IMG/VR virus record: IMGVR_UViG_3300042988_000374
Coordinates: 1-64,000 of that record
Length of the DNA: 64,000 nt
DNA from: a virus
Taxonomy: Duplodnaviria; Heunggongvirae; Uroviricota; Caudoviricetes
Reading direction: 5' to 3' (one strand)
The notes beneath the pieces are model-generated. The model made no database searches and was not told the DNA's origin. It saw only the letters and a list, made by a program, of their open reading frames with translations. Of the stretch, positions 29,015 to 39,202 are shown piece by piece; within the stretch, counting starts at the first letter, position 1, and the number at the start of each line of letters is the position of its first letter. The translations under genes and the position numbers were made by a program.

Positions 29015-30901
29015 ATGAGCAAAAACAACCCAATAGGTATCGACCTTGGTACCACAAATTCATGCGTAGCCGTTATCGAAAACGGTCAAGTCAAAGTAAT
29101 CGAAAACAGTGAGGGCGCACGAACCACACCTAGTATCGTAGCATACACACCAGACGAAATCTTAGTTGGCGCATCAGCCAAACGACAGTCAGTCACAAAC
29201 CCCAAAAACACTATCTATGCCTCTAAGCGCTTAATTGGACGCAAGTTCAAAGAAGACGCAGTACAGAAGGACATCGACTTAATGCCATACACAATCATGG
29301 AAGCAAAGAATGGTGACGCATGGGTAAAGGCACAAGACAAGGAACTGGCACCGCCACAAATCAGCGCAGAAGTGCTCCGTAAGATGAAGCAAACTGCTGA
29401 AGATTATCTTGGCACAACAGTTACTCAAGCAGTCATCACTGTACCAGCATACTTTAATGACTCACAGCGACAGGCGACCCGCGATGCTGGTAAAATCGCT
29501 GGGCTGGAAGTACTCCGTATTATCAACGAGCCAACTGCCGCGGCACTGGCATATGGTGTTGATAAAGCTACTAAAGGTGATCGCAAAGTTGCAGTCTACG
29601 ATTTGGGAGGTGGAACTTTTGACGTGTCAATTATTGAAATTGCAAACGTTGATGATGATAAACAAATCGAAGTTCTAAGTACAAACGGTGACACCTTCTT
29701 GGGTGGTGAAGACTTCGACCAGCGTATCATGGACTTCCTCATTGCTGAGTTCAAGAAAGAATCTGGTGTAGACTTATCTAAGGATGTTCTGGCACTTCAA
29801 CGTCTCAAAGAAGCCTCTGAAAAGGCAAAGATTGAATTGTCGTCTTCACAACAAACAGATGTGAACCTACCATACGTCACAGCAGATGCTAGTGGTCCTA
29901 AGCATTTGAATGTTAAGTTGACTCGTGCTAAGTTTGAATCACTGGTAGATGAATTAATTGAGCGGTCATTGGCACCATGCCGCACGGCTATGAAGGATGC
30001 TGGTGTTAGCGCTAGTGACATCGACGAAGTTATCTTGGTAGGCGGTATGACCCGTATGCCACGTGTACAAGACGCTGTTGAAAAATTGTTTGGTAAAGCA
30101 CCACGTAAAGATGTTAACCCAGATGAATGTGTTGCTGGTGGCGCCGCTATTCAAGGTTCCGTGTTAGCTGGTGATCGCACCGACGTTCTATTACTTGATG
30201 TTACTCCACTATCACTTGGTATCGAAACCATGGGCGGTGTATTCAGCAAGATGATTGAAAAGAACACCACGATTCCTACTAAGAAGTCGCAAACATTCAG
30301 TACAGCTGAAGACAACCAAGACGCGGTTGATATCAAAGTGGCACAAGGTGAGCGTGAATTATTCAAGTACAACAAGTCACTCGGTGAATTCAAACTTGAT
30401 GGCATCGCGCCTGCTCGTCGTGGTCAGCCACAGATTGAAGTTACGTTTGACATCGACAGTAACGGAATTATGAAGATCAGCGCAACTGATAAAGGTACTG
30501 GTAAAGCAAACAACATTACCATCAAATCAGATTCTGGTCTAACTGATGCTGAGATCGAACAAATGGTAAAAGATGCAGAATTGAATGCTGAAGCTGATAA
30601 GAAGCAACGCGCACTCATTGAAGCTCGTAATCAGGCAGAAGGCGCACTGGCAAACTTAAAGCGTGATGCCTCTCAAGAAACTATCTCTGATGAAGACCGT
30701 GCCAACTATGATGACGCTGTTGCGAACTTAGAGCAAGCTATGGCAGGTGAAGACGCAGATGCCATTCACAAGGCCCTTGAAAAGGCGCTTGAAGCCGCGG
30801 CACCTATCTATGCTGAAATCAACAAAAAAGCAACTGCTGAAGCTGAAGCCGCTGATAAAGCAGAAGATAGCGTAGTAGACGCTGATGTTAAGGAGGTGTA
30901 A
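29015..30901 (+). CDS. dnaK: Hsp70 chaperone DnaK
   Basis: [36 protein letters not shown] signatures; RBS AAGGAGA. Confidence 0.95.
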   Translation: MSKNNPIGIDLGTTNSCVAVIENGQVKVIENSEGARTTPSIVAYTPDEILVGASAKRQSVTNPKNTIYASKRLIGRKFKEDAVQKDIDLMPYTIMEAKNGDAWVKAQDKELAPPQISAEVLRKMKQTAEDYLGTTVTQAVITVPAYFNDSQRQATRDAGKIAGLEVLRIINEPTAAALAYGVDKATKGDRKVAVYDLGGGTFDVSIIEIANVDDDKQIEVLSTNGDTFLGGEDFDQRIMDFLIAEFKKESGVDLSKDVLALQRLKEASEKAKIELSSSQQTDVNLPYVTADASGPKHLNVKLTRAKFESLVDELIERSLAPCRTAMKDAGVSASDIDEVILVGGMTRMPRVQDAVEKLFGKAPRKDVNPDECVAGGAAIQGSVLAGDRTDVLLLDVTPLSLGIETMGGVFSKMIEKNTTIPTKKSQTFSTAEDNQDAVDIKVAQGERELFKYNKSLGEFKLDGIAPARRGQPQIEVTFDIDSNGIMKISATDKGTGKANNITIKSDSGLTDAEIEQMVKDAELNAEADKKQRALIEARNQAEGALANLKRDASQETISDEDRANYDDAVANLEQAMAGEDADAIHKALEKALEAAAPIYAEINKKATAEAEAADKAEDSVVDADVKEV

Positions 30902-30902
30902 T

Positions 30903-31340
30903 ATGTCAGGTCGTACATTAACTCTACGTAGTTTAGATATCCCATCAATCAATCGCTTTGGCATTGGCTTTGATGGTATGGTATCTGAACTGATGCGCAT
31001 GACTGAGGCACAGACTACCAATTATCCACCATACAATATTGGTAAGATGAATGAGAATGAATTTGTCATTGAATTGGCGGTAGCTGGCTTTGCCGAGGGC
31101 GAAGTGACTATCTCCCAAGAGCGCCGAATCTTGACCATCTCTGGTACACGACCAATGAACGAAACTGAGTATCTACACAAGGGTATCTCTGATCGGTCAT
31201 TCACTCGTGACTTTACACTGGCAGAACACGTTGAGGTTGAAGGTGCCTCTCAGAAGAATGGCATCTTGACAATCAATCTAAAACGCATTGTGCCAGAAGA
31301 TGATGCTCCAAAGTCGATTGACATCACATTCACAAAGTGA
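30903..31340 (+). CDS. small heat-shock protein (Hsp20/IbpA-like)
   Basis: alpha-crystallin domain layout (FVIELAVAGFAEGEVTISQERRILTISG...GILTINL); RBS AAGGAGG. Confidence 0.75.
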   Translation: MSGRTLTLRSLDIPSINRFGIGFDGMVSELMRMTEAQTTNYPPYNIGKMNENEFVIELAVAGFAEGEVTISQERRILTISGTRPMNETEYLHKGISDRSFTRDFTLAEHVEVEGASQKNGILTINLKRIVPEDDAPKSIDITFTK

Positions 31341-31374
31341 TATCATTCATCTCTAACAACAAATAGGAATCCAA

Positions 31375-31671
31375 ATGGCTGATACAAAAGTCTCGATTAA
31401 ACCAAACTTAAAATTACAAGAACCAAAGATGTACAAAGTCATCTTTAAAAACGATGACAGAACAACAATGGAATTTGTAATCGAAAGTTTGATATCACAC
31501 TTTAATTATGAAATTCAGGCAGCGTTAGTACTGACACAGCAGATTCAAGACGAAGGTAGTGCTGTTGTTGCAGTATTACCATATGAATTAGCTGAGCAAA
31601 AGGCAAACGAAGTTATGCTAGATGCCAAGAGTCAAGGATTCCCATTAGTAGTAAAATTCGAATCTGAATAA
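31375..31671 (+). CDS. clpS: ClpS N-degron adaptor
   Basis: YKVIFKNDDRTTMEFVIESL... matches the ClpS core (YkViLhNDDyTpMeFVv). Confidence 0.8.
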   Translation: MADTKVSIKPNLKLQEPKMYKVIFKNDDRTTMEFVIESLISHFNYEIQAALVLTQQIQDEGSAVVAVLPYELAEQKANEVMLDAKSQGFPLVVKFESE

Positions 31672-31690
31672 GAATTCGAGGAGACAAAAG

Positions 31691-31718
31691 AAAGGGACCT
31701 TCGGGTCCCTATTCTTTT
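31691..31718. terminator. bidirectional rho-independent terminator
   Basis: gggacc-ttcg-ggtccc flanked by A-run upstream and T-run downstream; between convergent clpS and the KAPA-repeat gene. Confidence 0.7.
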
Positions 31719-31732
31719 GATGCAATCTTAGA

Positions 31733-32029
31733 TTACTTTGGAGCTTTGATGCCAGCTGGCTTCTTAGCTTTTGGCTTAGCAGGTGCCTTGGCCTTTGCTG
31801 GTGCTTTGGCTTTAGCAGGTGCCTTGGCTTTAGCTGGTGCTTTAGCTTTTGGTGCTGCCTTTGCTGGTGCTTTAGCTTTTGGTGCCACTACTGGTTGAGC
31901 GTTAACAACTTCAACTTTAGTAGGTGCTTCAACTTTGTATGGTGCAGCGTTAGCTTCGACAACAGACTTTTTGCGTGTTACTAACACAACGATACAAGCG
32001 ATGGCAATTAAGCCGATGATGATTTCCAT
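31733..32029 (-). CDS. membrane-anchored Ala/Lys/Pro repeat protein (histone H1/TolA-like low complexity)
   Basis: N-terminal TM MEIIIGLIAIACIVVLV then (AKAPAK)n repeats; RBS AAGGAGA before ATG at 32029. Confidence 0.5.
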   Translation of the reverse strand: MEIIIGLIAIACIVVLVTRKKSVVEANAAPYKVEAPTKVEVVNAQPVVAPKAKAPAKAAPKAKAPAKAKAPAKAKAPAKAKAPAKPKAKKPAGIKAPK

Positions 32030-32110
32030 ATTGATCTCCTTAAGGTTTATGAAATACAATTTATTTATAGTGGTATACACCAATAAAAAAGTTTTGTTGC
32101 TCCAAAAATG

Positions 32111-32139
32111 TTGAAGTGTGTTTGCTGGTGATATACAAT
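32111..32139 (+). promoter_or_regulatory. sigma70-like promoter (TTGAAG-N17-TACAAT)
   Basis: TTGAAG 32111-32116, TACAAT 32134-32139. Confidence 0.45.
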
Positions 32140-32162
32140 TTACATATCAACAAGGATATCTT

Positions 32163-32789
32163 ATGGCAAGAAACGATAGTGATTTAGACAAACTCTCTGG
32201 CGGTAGTGCTTCACTTACCGACAGTGGTATGTACGTGTTCATGGACTCAGTAGAGCCTGACACTATTGCTCCTATCATCGAGTGGATTCTTGAACAAAAT
32301 TATGTCGTGCCAGTTGCCGAACGCAAGCAGGAATTATTGCTTATGATTTGCAGTGAGGGTGGTGAATTAGCAGCAGCGTTTGCACTCATTGATGTAATGC
32401 GGTCGAGTAGTATCCCAATTAAAACAGTAGGACTTGGACAGATCGCGTCGAGTGGTTTATTAATCTTTATGACTGGCACAAAAGGACGACGAGTGCTAAC
32501 ACCAAATACCAGCATCTTGTCCCATCAGTTTAGCTGGGCAAATGAAGGCAAGTCATCTGAGCTATTTGCAACTGTTAAAGAATATGACTTAACCCAGCGC
32601 CGAATGATTAACCATTATAAAAGCTGTACTGGTTTAAATGACGCAAAGATTAAAGAGTTCTTACTGCCGCCACAAGATATCTGGTTAGATGCCAACGAAG
32701 CGCTGAAGCTGGGAATCTGTGACAGCATTGCTTATCCTAATCAACCCCAATCCCAAAAATCAACCACAAAGAAAGTGAAGACAAAATGA
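32163..32789 (+). CDS. ClpP-family serine peptidase, divergent paralog (ClpP1/ClpP2-type partner)
   Basis: Ser motif GQIASSG, His in LSHQF, Asp in PQDIWLDANEALKLGICD; S14 fold layout. Confidence 0.65.
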   Translation: MARNDSDLDKLSGGSASLTDSGMYVFMDSVEPDTIAPIIEWILEQNYVVPVAERKQELLLMICSEGGELAAAFALIDVMRSSSIPIKTVGLGQIASSGLLIFMTGTKGRRVLTPNTSILSHQFSWANEGKSSELFATVKEYDLTQRRMINHYKSCTGLNDAKIKEFLLPPQDIWLDANEALKLGICDSIAYPNQPQSQKSTTKKVKTK

Positions 32790-33029
32790 GTTCAAATGAT
32801 GTCTCAAATTCAGAGTTACCAGCAAATGAACGACTAAAACGCTTGACTGAACAGGCAGAATTATGGGCAATTAAAACAACAGTGATAGCTGGACGATGAA
32901 AGAATTAATAGAGCGCATTCGCGCGGCTTTGAAGGCATTCAATGAAGATAAGTGACATCGAACAATATTTACCGTATTATCGGAAATCAACCCGTCAATT
33001 CTTGACGAAAACTTAAAAGGAAAACAAAA

Positions 33030-33650
33030 ATGGGCCTAATTCCAATGGTAGTCGAGCAAACCTCTAAAGGTGAACGTAGCTTTGACATCTTCTCCCGTCT
33101 ACTTAAAGACCGTGTAGTCTTTATCAACGGACCAATTAGCACAGAGATGAGCCACGTTATCATCGCGCAGTTGCTATTCTTAGAGGCAGAGAATCCAGAC
33201 AAGGATATCAGTCTATATATCAATTCACCAGGTGGCGAAGTAAGCGCTGGTCTATCAATCTATGACACCATGCAGTTCATCAAGTGTGATGTGTCTACTA
33301 TGGTAGCCGGTCAAGCATGTTCTATGGGTTCATTCTTGGCACAAGCAGGCGCTGCTGGTAAACGATTCGTTCTACCACAGTCACGCACAATGATTCACCG
33401 TGTTAGTTCTGGTACTCCAGGTACTCGCGGTAGTGTTCACGTACAAGAATTGCAATTCGAAGATGCCAAGCGCTCATTCGAAGAATCTCAGCGAGTTAAC
33501 GAAGTACTCACACGGTTATATGTTAAGCACAACACTGCTGGTAAAACATATGACGAGATGTTTAATGCCATGAAGTTCGATACATTCCTGTCTGCTGAAG
33601 AAGCAGTTCAGTATGGTCTCGCAGATCGAGTGATTGAAAAGCGAGAGTAA
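33030..33650 (+). CDS. clpP: ATP-dependent Clp protease proteolytic subunit ClpP
   Basis: GQACSMGS (Ser), MIHRVS (His), [18 protein letters not shown] (Asp); canonical ClpP. Confidence 0.85.
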   Translation: MGLIPMVVEQTSKGERSFDIFSRLLKDRVVFINGPISTEMSHVIIAQLLFLEAENPDKDISLYINSPGGEVSAGLSIYDTMQFIKCDVSTMVAGQACSMGSFLAQAGAAGKRFVLPQSRTMIHRVSSGTPGTRGSVHVQELQFEDAKRSFEESQRVNEVLTRLYVKHNTAGKTYDEMFNAMKFDTFLSAEEAVQYGLADRVIEKRE

Positions 33651-33651
33651 C

Positions 33652-33858
33652 ATGAACGCACATCACTTCTGGCTCATGTTAGCTACTTGTATTACTATGT
33701 CAATCGTTGTTGGTGTAGTCTGGGGTATCTATGCAGCCAGTTGGGTTGTCGGCATCTCAGCATGGATCATCACCGAGTGTGCGCTCTTGGCACTCTTGCT
33801 TCGCCATGCGCTCCATGCTGAGCGTCCTGAAGCAATTGACAATGAACCAAAATCCTGA
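33652..33858 (+). CDS. small membrane protein
   Basis: two TM helices. Confidence 0.4.
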   Translation: MNAHHFWLMLATCITMSIVVGVVWGIYAASWVVGISAWIITECALLALLLRHALHAERPEAIDNEPKS

Positions 33859-33893
33859 TATACTAACCACATATTAGATTCTAGGACACACTG

Positions 33894-34202
33894 ATGAGTT
33901 CATTGCAAGATATCACGGCCATCATTTATGACAAGCGCGGCAAAGTATTGGCTATTGGTAAAAATAGCTATTTGAAAACTCATCCGTACCAGGCAAAGAT
34001 GGCACATAAATGTGGTATGCCAGAGAAACAATATCTGCATGCCGAGATCAGCGCTATCATCAAATGCCGTGACTTGACTAAAGCTCATCGTATCCTCGTA
34101 ACACGACTAAATAAGCACGGTGAGCCAGCACTGGCAAAACCGTGCCCAGTATGCCAATCAGCGATTGATGCATCTGGTATTAAGTACGTGGAACACACAT
34201 GA
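33894..34202 (+). CDS. minimal cytidine/deoxycytidylate-deaminase-fold protein
   Basis: HAEISAI (H-x-E) and PCPVCQ (PCxxC) zinc-ligand motifs in only 102 aa. Confidence 0.5.
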   Translation: MSSLQDITAIIYDKRGKVLAIGKNSYLKTHPYQAKMAHKCGMPEKQYLHAEISAIIKCRDLTKAHRILVTRLNKHGEPALAKPCPVCQSAIDASGIKYVEHT

Positions 34203-34435
34203 GCAACATTAAAGATTACTTCGAACGAACTGCATATATGGCAACTTATCAAATTGGTGACCGAGTTCAAGGCAACTACGGCAAGATTCCTATCCGAGGC
34301 ACTGTTGGTAACGACAGTTGTCCAGATGGTGTTAATCCTCGAATCTCTGTGCATTTGGATTTACCAATCATGGAGAATGGTGTTGTCAAAAACATCTTGT
34401 TCTTGACCCATAAACAAATCAAACCACTCAAATAA
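34199..34435 (+). CDS. hypothetical protein
   Basis: ATGA overlap. Confidence 0.4.
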   Translation: MSNIKDYFERTAYMATYQIGDRVQGNYGKIPIRGTVGNDSCPDGVNPRISVHLDLPIMENGVVKNILFLTHKQIKPLK

Positions 34436-34445
34436 GGAGCTCACT

Positions 34446-34631
34446 ATGGAAAACGTTAATGAATACGCCATGACGCCAGCAGACATTGAAAAATGGCGCA
34501 GCGCATGGGATGGTAAATGGGAGAGTATCCCAGAATCCGTTCACAGATATGTAATTGCTGTAGAAAGACAGAATTTAAAAATTCTAACGGATCTTTGTGA
34601 TGCCATTGATATAGATTTGGGTCGGAAATGA
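34446..34631 (+). CDS. hypothetical protein
   Basis: RBS AAGGAG. Confidence 0.4.
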   Translation: MENVNEYAMTPADIEKWRSAWDGKWESIPESVHRYVIAVERQNLKILTDLCDAIDIDLGRK

Positions 34632-34915
34632 AGATTATTGAGTTACTTGAGTCACAATTTAATCACGAGGTATTTAATACAACTTCTGGACAGATTGCGA
34701 AATTACATAAATTATCCAACGATTTCGATTCTTGGGTATCTGCTATTGGATTTGAACACGCCTCCTCTAAATTAGAAGCCGAGTTAAGCAAGATAAAAAG
34801 TATGGATTGGTATAATGATGTAGGAGTGAATACTAATTTAAAATTGGAAATTCAGAGAAAGAATCGTGACGCTATGATATCCGCGTTAGAACTTAGAATG
34901 AAAGCAGGACTATAA
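34628..34915 (+). CDS. hypothetical protein
   Basis: ATGA overlap. Confidence 0.4.
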   Translation: MKIIELLESQFNHEVFNTTSGQIAKLHKLSNDFDSWVSAIGFEHASSKLEAELSKIKSMDWYNDVGVNTNLKLEIQRKNRDAMISALELRMKAGL

Positions 34916-34916
34916 A

Positions 34917-35291
34917 ATGGACAATGACTTACTCGCACTCTTGGTACTCATCGTACTATTAGTTAAACACTATGTAGTTGACTTCCCACTACAAGTTGAA
35001 TATCAATGGAAGAATAAGGGCACGTTTGGTCATCCAGGTGGACTAATTCATGCCGGTTCACACGGTCTTGGCACAATGATTGTTCTTGGCATGGTATTTG
35101 GCGTAGGCTACTGGGTATTTGCATTTGTCATGGGTGTGTTTGATGCCGTTACCCACTACTTTATTGATTATGCAAAAATGAATTATGGTTGCCGTGATAT
35201 CGAGAATCCAAAGTTTTGGAATCATCTTGGTCTAGATCAACTGGCACATCAAATGGTCTATATTATCATTGCTGGAGTATGTGTAGTATGA
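34917..35291 (+). CDS. membrane protein
   Basis: 3-4 TM helices. Confidence 0.45.
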   Translation: MDNDLLALLVLIVLLVKHYVVDFPLQVEYQWKNKGTFGHPGGLIHAGSHGLGTMIVLGMVFGVGYWVFAFVMGVFDAVTHYFIDYAKMNYGCRDIENPKFWNHLGLDQLAHQMVYIIIAGVCVV

Positions 35292-35452
35292 AATGCTGTA
35301 ACGGTGATTGCCGACAAGGACGTGATTGTCCCATTCAAACTCGTGTTGAATTAGCGAATCGATTGTCCAAATTAGTGTATTCGAATCCAAACTTCTTGTA
35401 TACTGTATCCTACTTGGCGCTTGTTGTTACTGGCGCAAGTCTAATTCTTTAA
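35288..35452 (+). CDS. small Cys-rich membrane protein
   Basis: ATGA overlap; MKCCNGDCRQGRDC. Confidence 0.35.
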   Translation: MKCCNGDCRQGRDCPIQTRVELANRLSKLVYSNPNFLYTVSYLALVVTGASLIL

Positions 35453-35462
35453 AGGAAAATAT

Positions 35463-36146
35463 ATGTTTATCACTCTTGATCGAACTGCAAGCGACATTAA
35501 CTCTGCAATGGCGCGTGTCTTTGGACACATGGGAATCGCAACTCTCTTTAGTATGATGACTGCTTTTGTTGTTGGCACTTCGCCTACAGCTATGGCAGTG
35601 GTCTCTCAGGGCTGGGTGCAAATTGCACTGTTTATCTCTGTACTAGCTTGTGCATTTGTAATCCCAGTTATGATTGGTGCTGGTATTGGTGCACTTGGCG
35701 CAGCAGCTTTACTATACGCTTTTGCTTCACTCATGGGATTGATGACCAGTAGCATCTTTGTCATGTTCAGTATGAGTAGTATCTTTACTGCGTTTATGGG
35801 AGCATCAGTGCTATTTGGTACCATGGCTTTTGTTGGTTACTTTACTAAACGCGACTTGAGTGATCTTGGTGCACTCTTATTTGTGGCACTCATTGCGATT
35901 ATTATTGCGTCCATTATCAACATCTTTATTGGTAGTACCTTGATGCAAATGGTGATTAGTGCGATTGCAATCTTGGTGTTCCTTGGATTCACCGCGTATG
36001 ATACTCAGACTATCCGTGAATCACTCATGGACGGTGACAGCTATGAGATTGAAATCCTTGGTGCGTTAAACTTGTACCTAGACTTTATGAACTTGTTTGT
36101 AAACTTGCTACAAATCATTGGTGTGGCACCAGGGTCGGACGATTAA
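35463..36146 (+). CDS. Bax-inhibitor-1 / YccA family 7-TM protein (FtsH modulator family)
   Basis: 7 predicted TM helices in 227 aa; C-terminal LNLYLDFMNLFVNLLQIIG matches the BI-1/YccA terminal motif. Confidence 0.6.
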   Translation: MFITLDRTASDINSAMARVFGHMGIATLFSMMTAFVVGTSPTAMAVVSQGWVQIALFISVLACAFVIPVMIGAGIGALGAAALLYAFASLMGLMTSSIFVMFSMSSIFTAFMGASVLFGTMAFVGYFTKRDLSDLGALLFVALIAIIIASIINIFIGSTLMQMVISAIAILVFLGFTAYDTQTIRESLMDGDSYEIEILGALNLYLDFMNLFVNLLQIIGVAPGSDD

Positions 36147-36147
36147 T

Positions 36148-36975
36148 ATGCGTTCAACCTACTGGACGTGTTCACGCTTCGCGGATTGGCTCCGTGGTAC
36201 AGCTAAACTCTCTTCTGGCACAGCTGATGAATGGGATGAATGGCGGACCACGGCAGAGACGAAGCACAAGTTTAGATTCTGGTTAGCTGAAGAGGGTCTC
36301 AACATTGCTCAAAACTTCTTCTACGGACCAGTTGAACTGCTGTACTCAATCAAGTACTATATCAACAATAGGTTTGTATCTCGAAGTCACGCACTAACTG
36401 CGCATCCACGTGATATTAAACCTGGCAATTGGTGTGATGTTGGCAATAGATTCTTGCCTTGCCTCTTTAATGAACTTGTAGACTTTGTTGAGATTGAATG
36501 CGCATGGCACAATATTGTATGGAATGATGTCAAGCGTGAGCAGTATGGTGCTCCATGGTGGGCAAGTGGTTGGTGGCGCCTTCGTAAATGGCGCTGTCGT
36601 GAAGCTGGCATCGACAATCTAAATTGGCAAATGTCTCTCTTGAACGAAGCTGACTATCCTGAAGTCAATATTGTTGCTGGTACTCCTACCAGTCAAGCAA
36701 TAGCAGCCCGAGAAATCTATGATCTGTACATTTGGTGGACCGAGACTCGTGTGGTTCGTGCTGATCCATATGAAGCGAGTGGATGGTCTGCCTACTGTGA
36801 ACAAAAGCGTGAACTGAATGGTGATCGTTTGTTTGGAAGCAAGACTACACCAGAGCTAGAGGAATTATCCAAGACCACACACGAACGTCTCCATGAGATC
36901 GAGGCTTCCTATGAAGCTCAAGATACAGAAATGATGATTCGATTAATTAAAATCAGAAATTCTTTGTGGACTTGA
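36148..36975 (+). CDS. hypothetical Trp-rich protein
   Basis: ORF. Confidence 0.45.
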   Translation: MRSTYWTCSRFADWLRGTAKLSSGTADEWDEWRTTAETKHKFRFWLAEEGLNIAQNFFYGPVELLYSIKYYINNRFVSRSHALTAHPRDIKPGNWCDVGNRFLPCLFNELVDFVEIECAWHNIVWNDVKREQYGAPWWASGWWRLRKWRCREAGIDNLNWQMSLLNEADYPEVNIVAGTPTSQAIAAREIYDLYIWWTETRVVRADPYEASGWSAYCEQKRELNGDRLFGSKTTPELEELSKTTHERLHEIEASYEAQDTEMMIRLIKIRNSLWT

Positions 36976-37032
36976 GCAAAATCTCCAAAGTTGTGATACA
37001 ATACCACTATTGCAACAACTTTGGAGACAGCA

Positions 37033-37236
37033 ATGAACACAGCGATTAAAACTTTTGTTAGTTATGTGATGGGCTTCTACGGGCCTGCTGGTATTTACCC
37101 AGAGTTCGACTTTACCTTTGCTGAAGTTGAAGGCGCCACAAAAATTTACATGCGTGACCAACCAGACTTTTGTGGTGATAGTCTTGATCGTGAACGTGTG
37201 CGTGACCTCGTGGTAAAGTTGCGCGCCACAATTTGA
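37033..37236 (+). CDS. hypothetical protein
   Basis: RBS GGAGA. Confidence 0.4.
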   Translation: MNTAIKTFVSYVMGFYGPAGIYPEFDFTFAEVEGATKIYMRDQPDFCGDSLDRERVRDLVVKLRATI

Positions 37237-37261
37237 CAACCTGTCGAATTTATAGTACAAT
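37233..37261 (+). promoter_or_regulatory. sigma70 consensus promoter (TTGACA-N17-TACAAT)
   Basis: TTGACA 37233-37238 overlaps the upstream stop; TACAAT 37256-37261. Confidence 0.6.
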
Positions 37262-37289
37262 ACCACCATCAGAACAAAGCGAGTGCATC

Positions 37290-37547
37290 ATGACTGAAAA
37301 AGACTACCAAATGTTCCTCTATCTCTCTACCATCTCTTTTGAAGAGTTTGATCGTTGGATGGCAGGTGCAAATGCCGCTCAGATTGACTATGCCATCAAC
37401 TTATACAAGCAGATGCGAAATCAAATTGCTGAGCAAGATCGCTGCCTCTACGAAGAAATGGAAGCAGCGATTGAAGAGTCTTTATGGAACATGAACGGGC
37501 ACTTCGATGATGCTCTGACTGTTATTAATCGTATCAAATCACTCTAA
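37290..37547 (+). CDS. hypothetical protein
   Basis: ORF after promoter. Confidence 0.45.
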   Translation: MTEKDYQMFLYLSTISFEEFDRWMAGANAAQIDYAINLYKQMRNQIAEQDRCLYEEMEAAIEESLWNMNGHFDDALTVINRIKSL

Positions 37548-37557
37548 GGAGAGTAAC

Positions 37558-37716
37558 ATGACTAAATGGATCGTAATCATTGCTATCGTTGTTATGGCAC
37601 CAGCATTTGTAACTAACTTGTTTGCTAGTGGTGTGAACTTTGTTAGCACTCAAGGTAAAGCACTCACAACCGAAGTGGTCCGTGAAGCAACAAAAACATT
37701 CAACGAGGTGAAGTAA
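37558..37716 (+). CDS. small membrane peptide
   Basis: RBS AAGGAGAG; TM helix. Confidence 0.35.
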   Translation: MTKWIVIIAIVVMAPAFVTNLFASGVNFVSTQGKALTTEVVREATKTFNEVK

Positions 37717-37869
37717 TGGACAAGTACGAACAAATCGTCAAGCTGGCAGAAGCGGCGGCACTCATTCAAAATGTTATCGCTAGTGTGAATCCGGAATTCC
37801 GGAATGAATTACAAACCATTGCTGATGATATTGCCAACATTGCAGACGACATCGAAATGGAAGACTAAC

Positions 37870-38022
37870 ATGGACAAGTGGACTGTTATTGGCATTATTG
37901 CCTTTATCGTTGGTATGTTCTCACCAGTACTCGTTACTGAAAGTAATCGCGGACATTGCAAAACTGAAGCCATCAGGGCTGGCATGCCAGCTGATGATAT
38001 TATCAAACTGTGTGGTAAGTGA
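37870..38022 (+). CDS. small membrane peptide
   Basis: TM helix. Confidence 0.35.
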   Translation: MDKWTVIGIIAFIVGMFSPVLVTESNRGHCKTEAIRAGMPADDIIKLCGK

Positions 38023-38426
38023 TGGAATTTGCAGTCGAGTGTCGGTCAAAGCGAACCCGAGAGTTTGTCGAGGCAGTGATGCCGCGAATGATTGTGCTAC
38101 TCGGTCTCAAAAAGAGTCGCCACGCTGTATTAGTCCGTATCGCTGATGAGATTGGGCACGATGAAGGTATGACTATGCCAATTCCTGGATTAGATTGCTA
38201 TCTGGTAGTGATTAAGCCTAGTAAATCTCTCAAAGATATTGGTGTCACCCTCGCACATGAAATGGTGCATGTTAAACAAATGGCACGTGGCTACTTGCAG
38301 ATTAAAAACGGTGTACGTTACTGGCGAGGTGTCAGGTATCGCAAGAACCATCGGTATATGGCATTGCCATGGGAACTGAATGCGTTTGCACTTCAAGAAA
38401 TTATATTTAGATTGGCGGTGGAATGA
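38022..38426 (+). CDS. small HExxH zinc-metallopeptidase-like protein
   Basis: LAHEMVHVKQ motif. Confidence 0.45.
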   Translation: MEFAVECRSKRTREFVEAVMPRMIVLLGLKKSRHAVLVRIADEIGHDEGMTMPIPGLDCYLVVIKPSKSLKDIGVTLAHEMVHVKQMARGYLQIKNGVRYWRGVRYRKNHRYMALPWELNAFALQEIIFRLAVE

Positions 38427-38635
38427 TGAATCAGCGTTTACTAGATGACCCTCGCGTGTATCCAAAGATCATTGTCTGGTGGGGTCCATGTAACGGTGAG
38501 ACAGAACTCAACTTATTTGACAAAACGTTGAAACAAGCGTACAATACCGCTATCAACTTTGGATATAGACCGCCTGTCTGGTACAAGCCGTGGCAGTATT
38601 TAACTGGTGGACTAGGTGTGCTAACTGTAGGATAA
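38426..38635 (+). CDS. hypothetical protein
   Basis: ATGA overlap. Confidence 0.35.
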   Translation: MNQRLLDDPRVYPKIIVWWGPCNGETELNLFDKTLKQAYNTAINFGYRPPVWYKPWQYLTGGLGVLTVG

Positions 38636-38638
38636 GAT

Positions 38639-38899
38639 ATGAACAAACGAATTGAAGAGTTGGCACTCAAAGCAGATATGCACCGTGACAAGTACGGCAT
38701 GTACTTTGCTGGTGACAAACACGACGAAGACGGTGTAGACTTAGAGCAGTTCGCACATTTGTTAATCGAAGCAGTGCTAGATGAAGTTAAAGACCGCGCG
38801 TATGTCACAGGTGACCGCGACTGGAGTGACGGTGTTGACCGTCCTTGGATTCAACTAGAGTTTGGATATGGAGAACTACATGAGCAATCAAAACGATGA
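38639..38899 (+). CDS. hypothetical protein
   Basis: ORF. Confidence 0.4.
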   Translation: MNKRIEELALKADMHRDKYGMYFAGDKHDEDGVDLEQFAHLLIEAVLDEVKDRAYVTGDRDWSDGVDRPWIQLEFGYGELHEQSKR

Positions 38900-39202
38900 T
38901 ATCGCATACAACGAAGAGCATGATACCTACTATAGTTTGGTAACTGGTGAGTGGATCGAAGACCCGTGTGATGATCCCACGTGCGAGTACTGTGTTAATC
39001 GACCAGCTAAGCCGTTGTTTACTCCACTGGTAAAGAATGATGACTCAAACATTCAGTGAAGTCTTGGCAGACTATCTCGAAGAGCGTGACCGACAAAACA
39101 GTGACTACTACGATAGTCGCTGGCTTGGCGCACGTAACCAAGGACAAGAGTACATGCAAAAACTAGCAGCAGAATTAGATGAAATGATAAAGGGAATTAA
39201 AA

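Noticed and set aside
26964-33650. The chaperone/protease cluster could be a piece of host chromosome (a prophage boundary)
   Set aside because: Gene order is not bacterial: clpX precedes map and dnaK, there is no dnaJ/grpE, and clpS is followed by two clpP genes. The same promoter consensus and ATGA overlap style as the rest of the window are present, and there is no integrase or att-like repeat. Phage origin is therefore the best reading.
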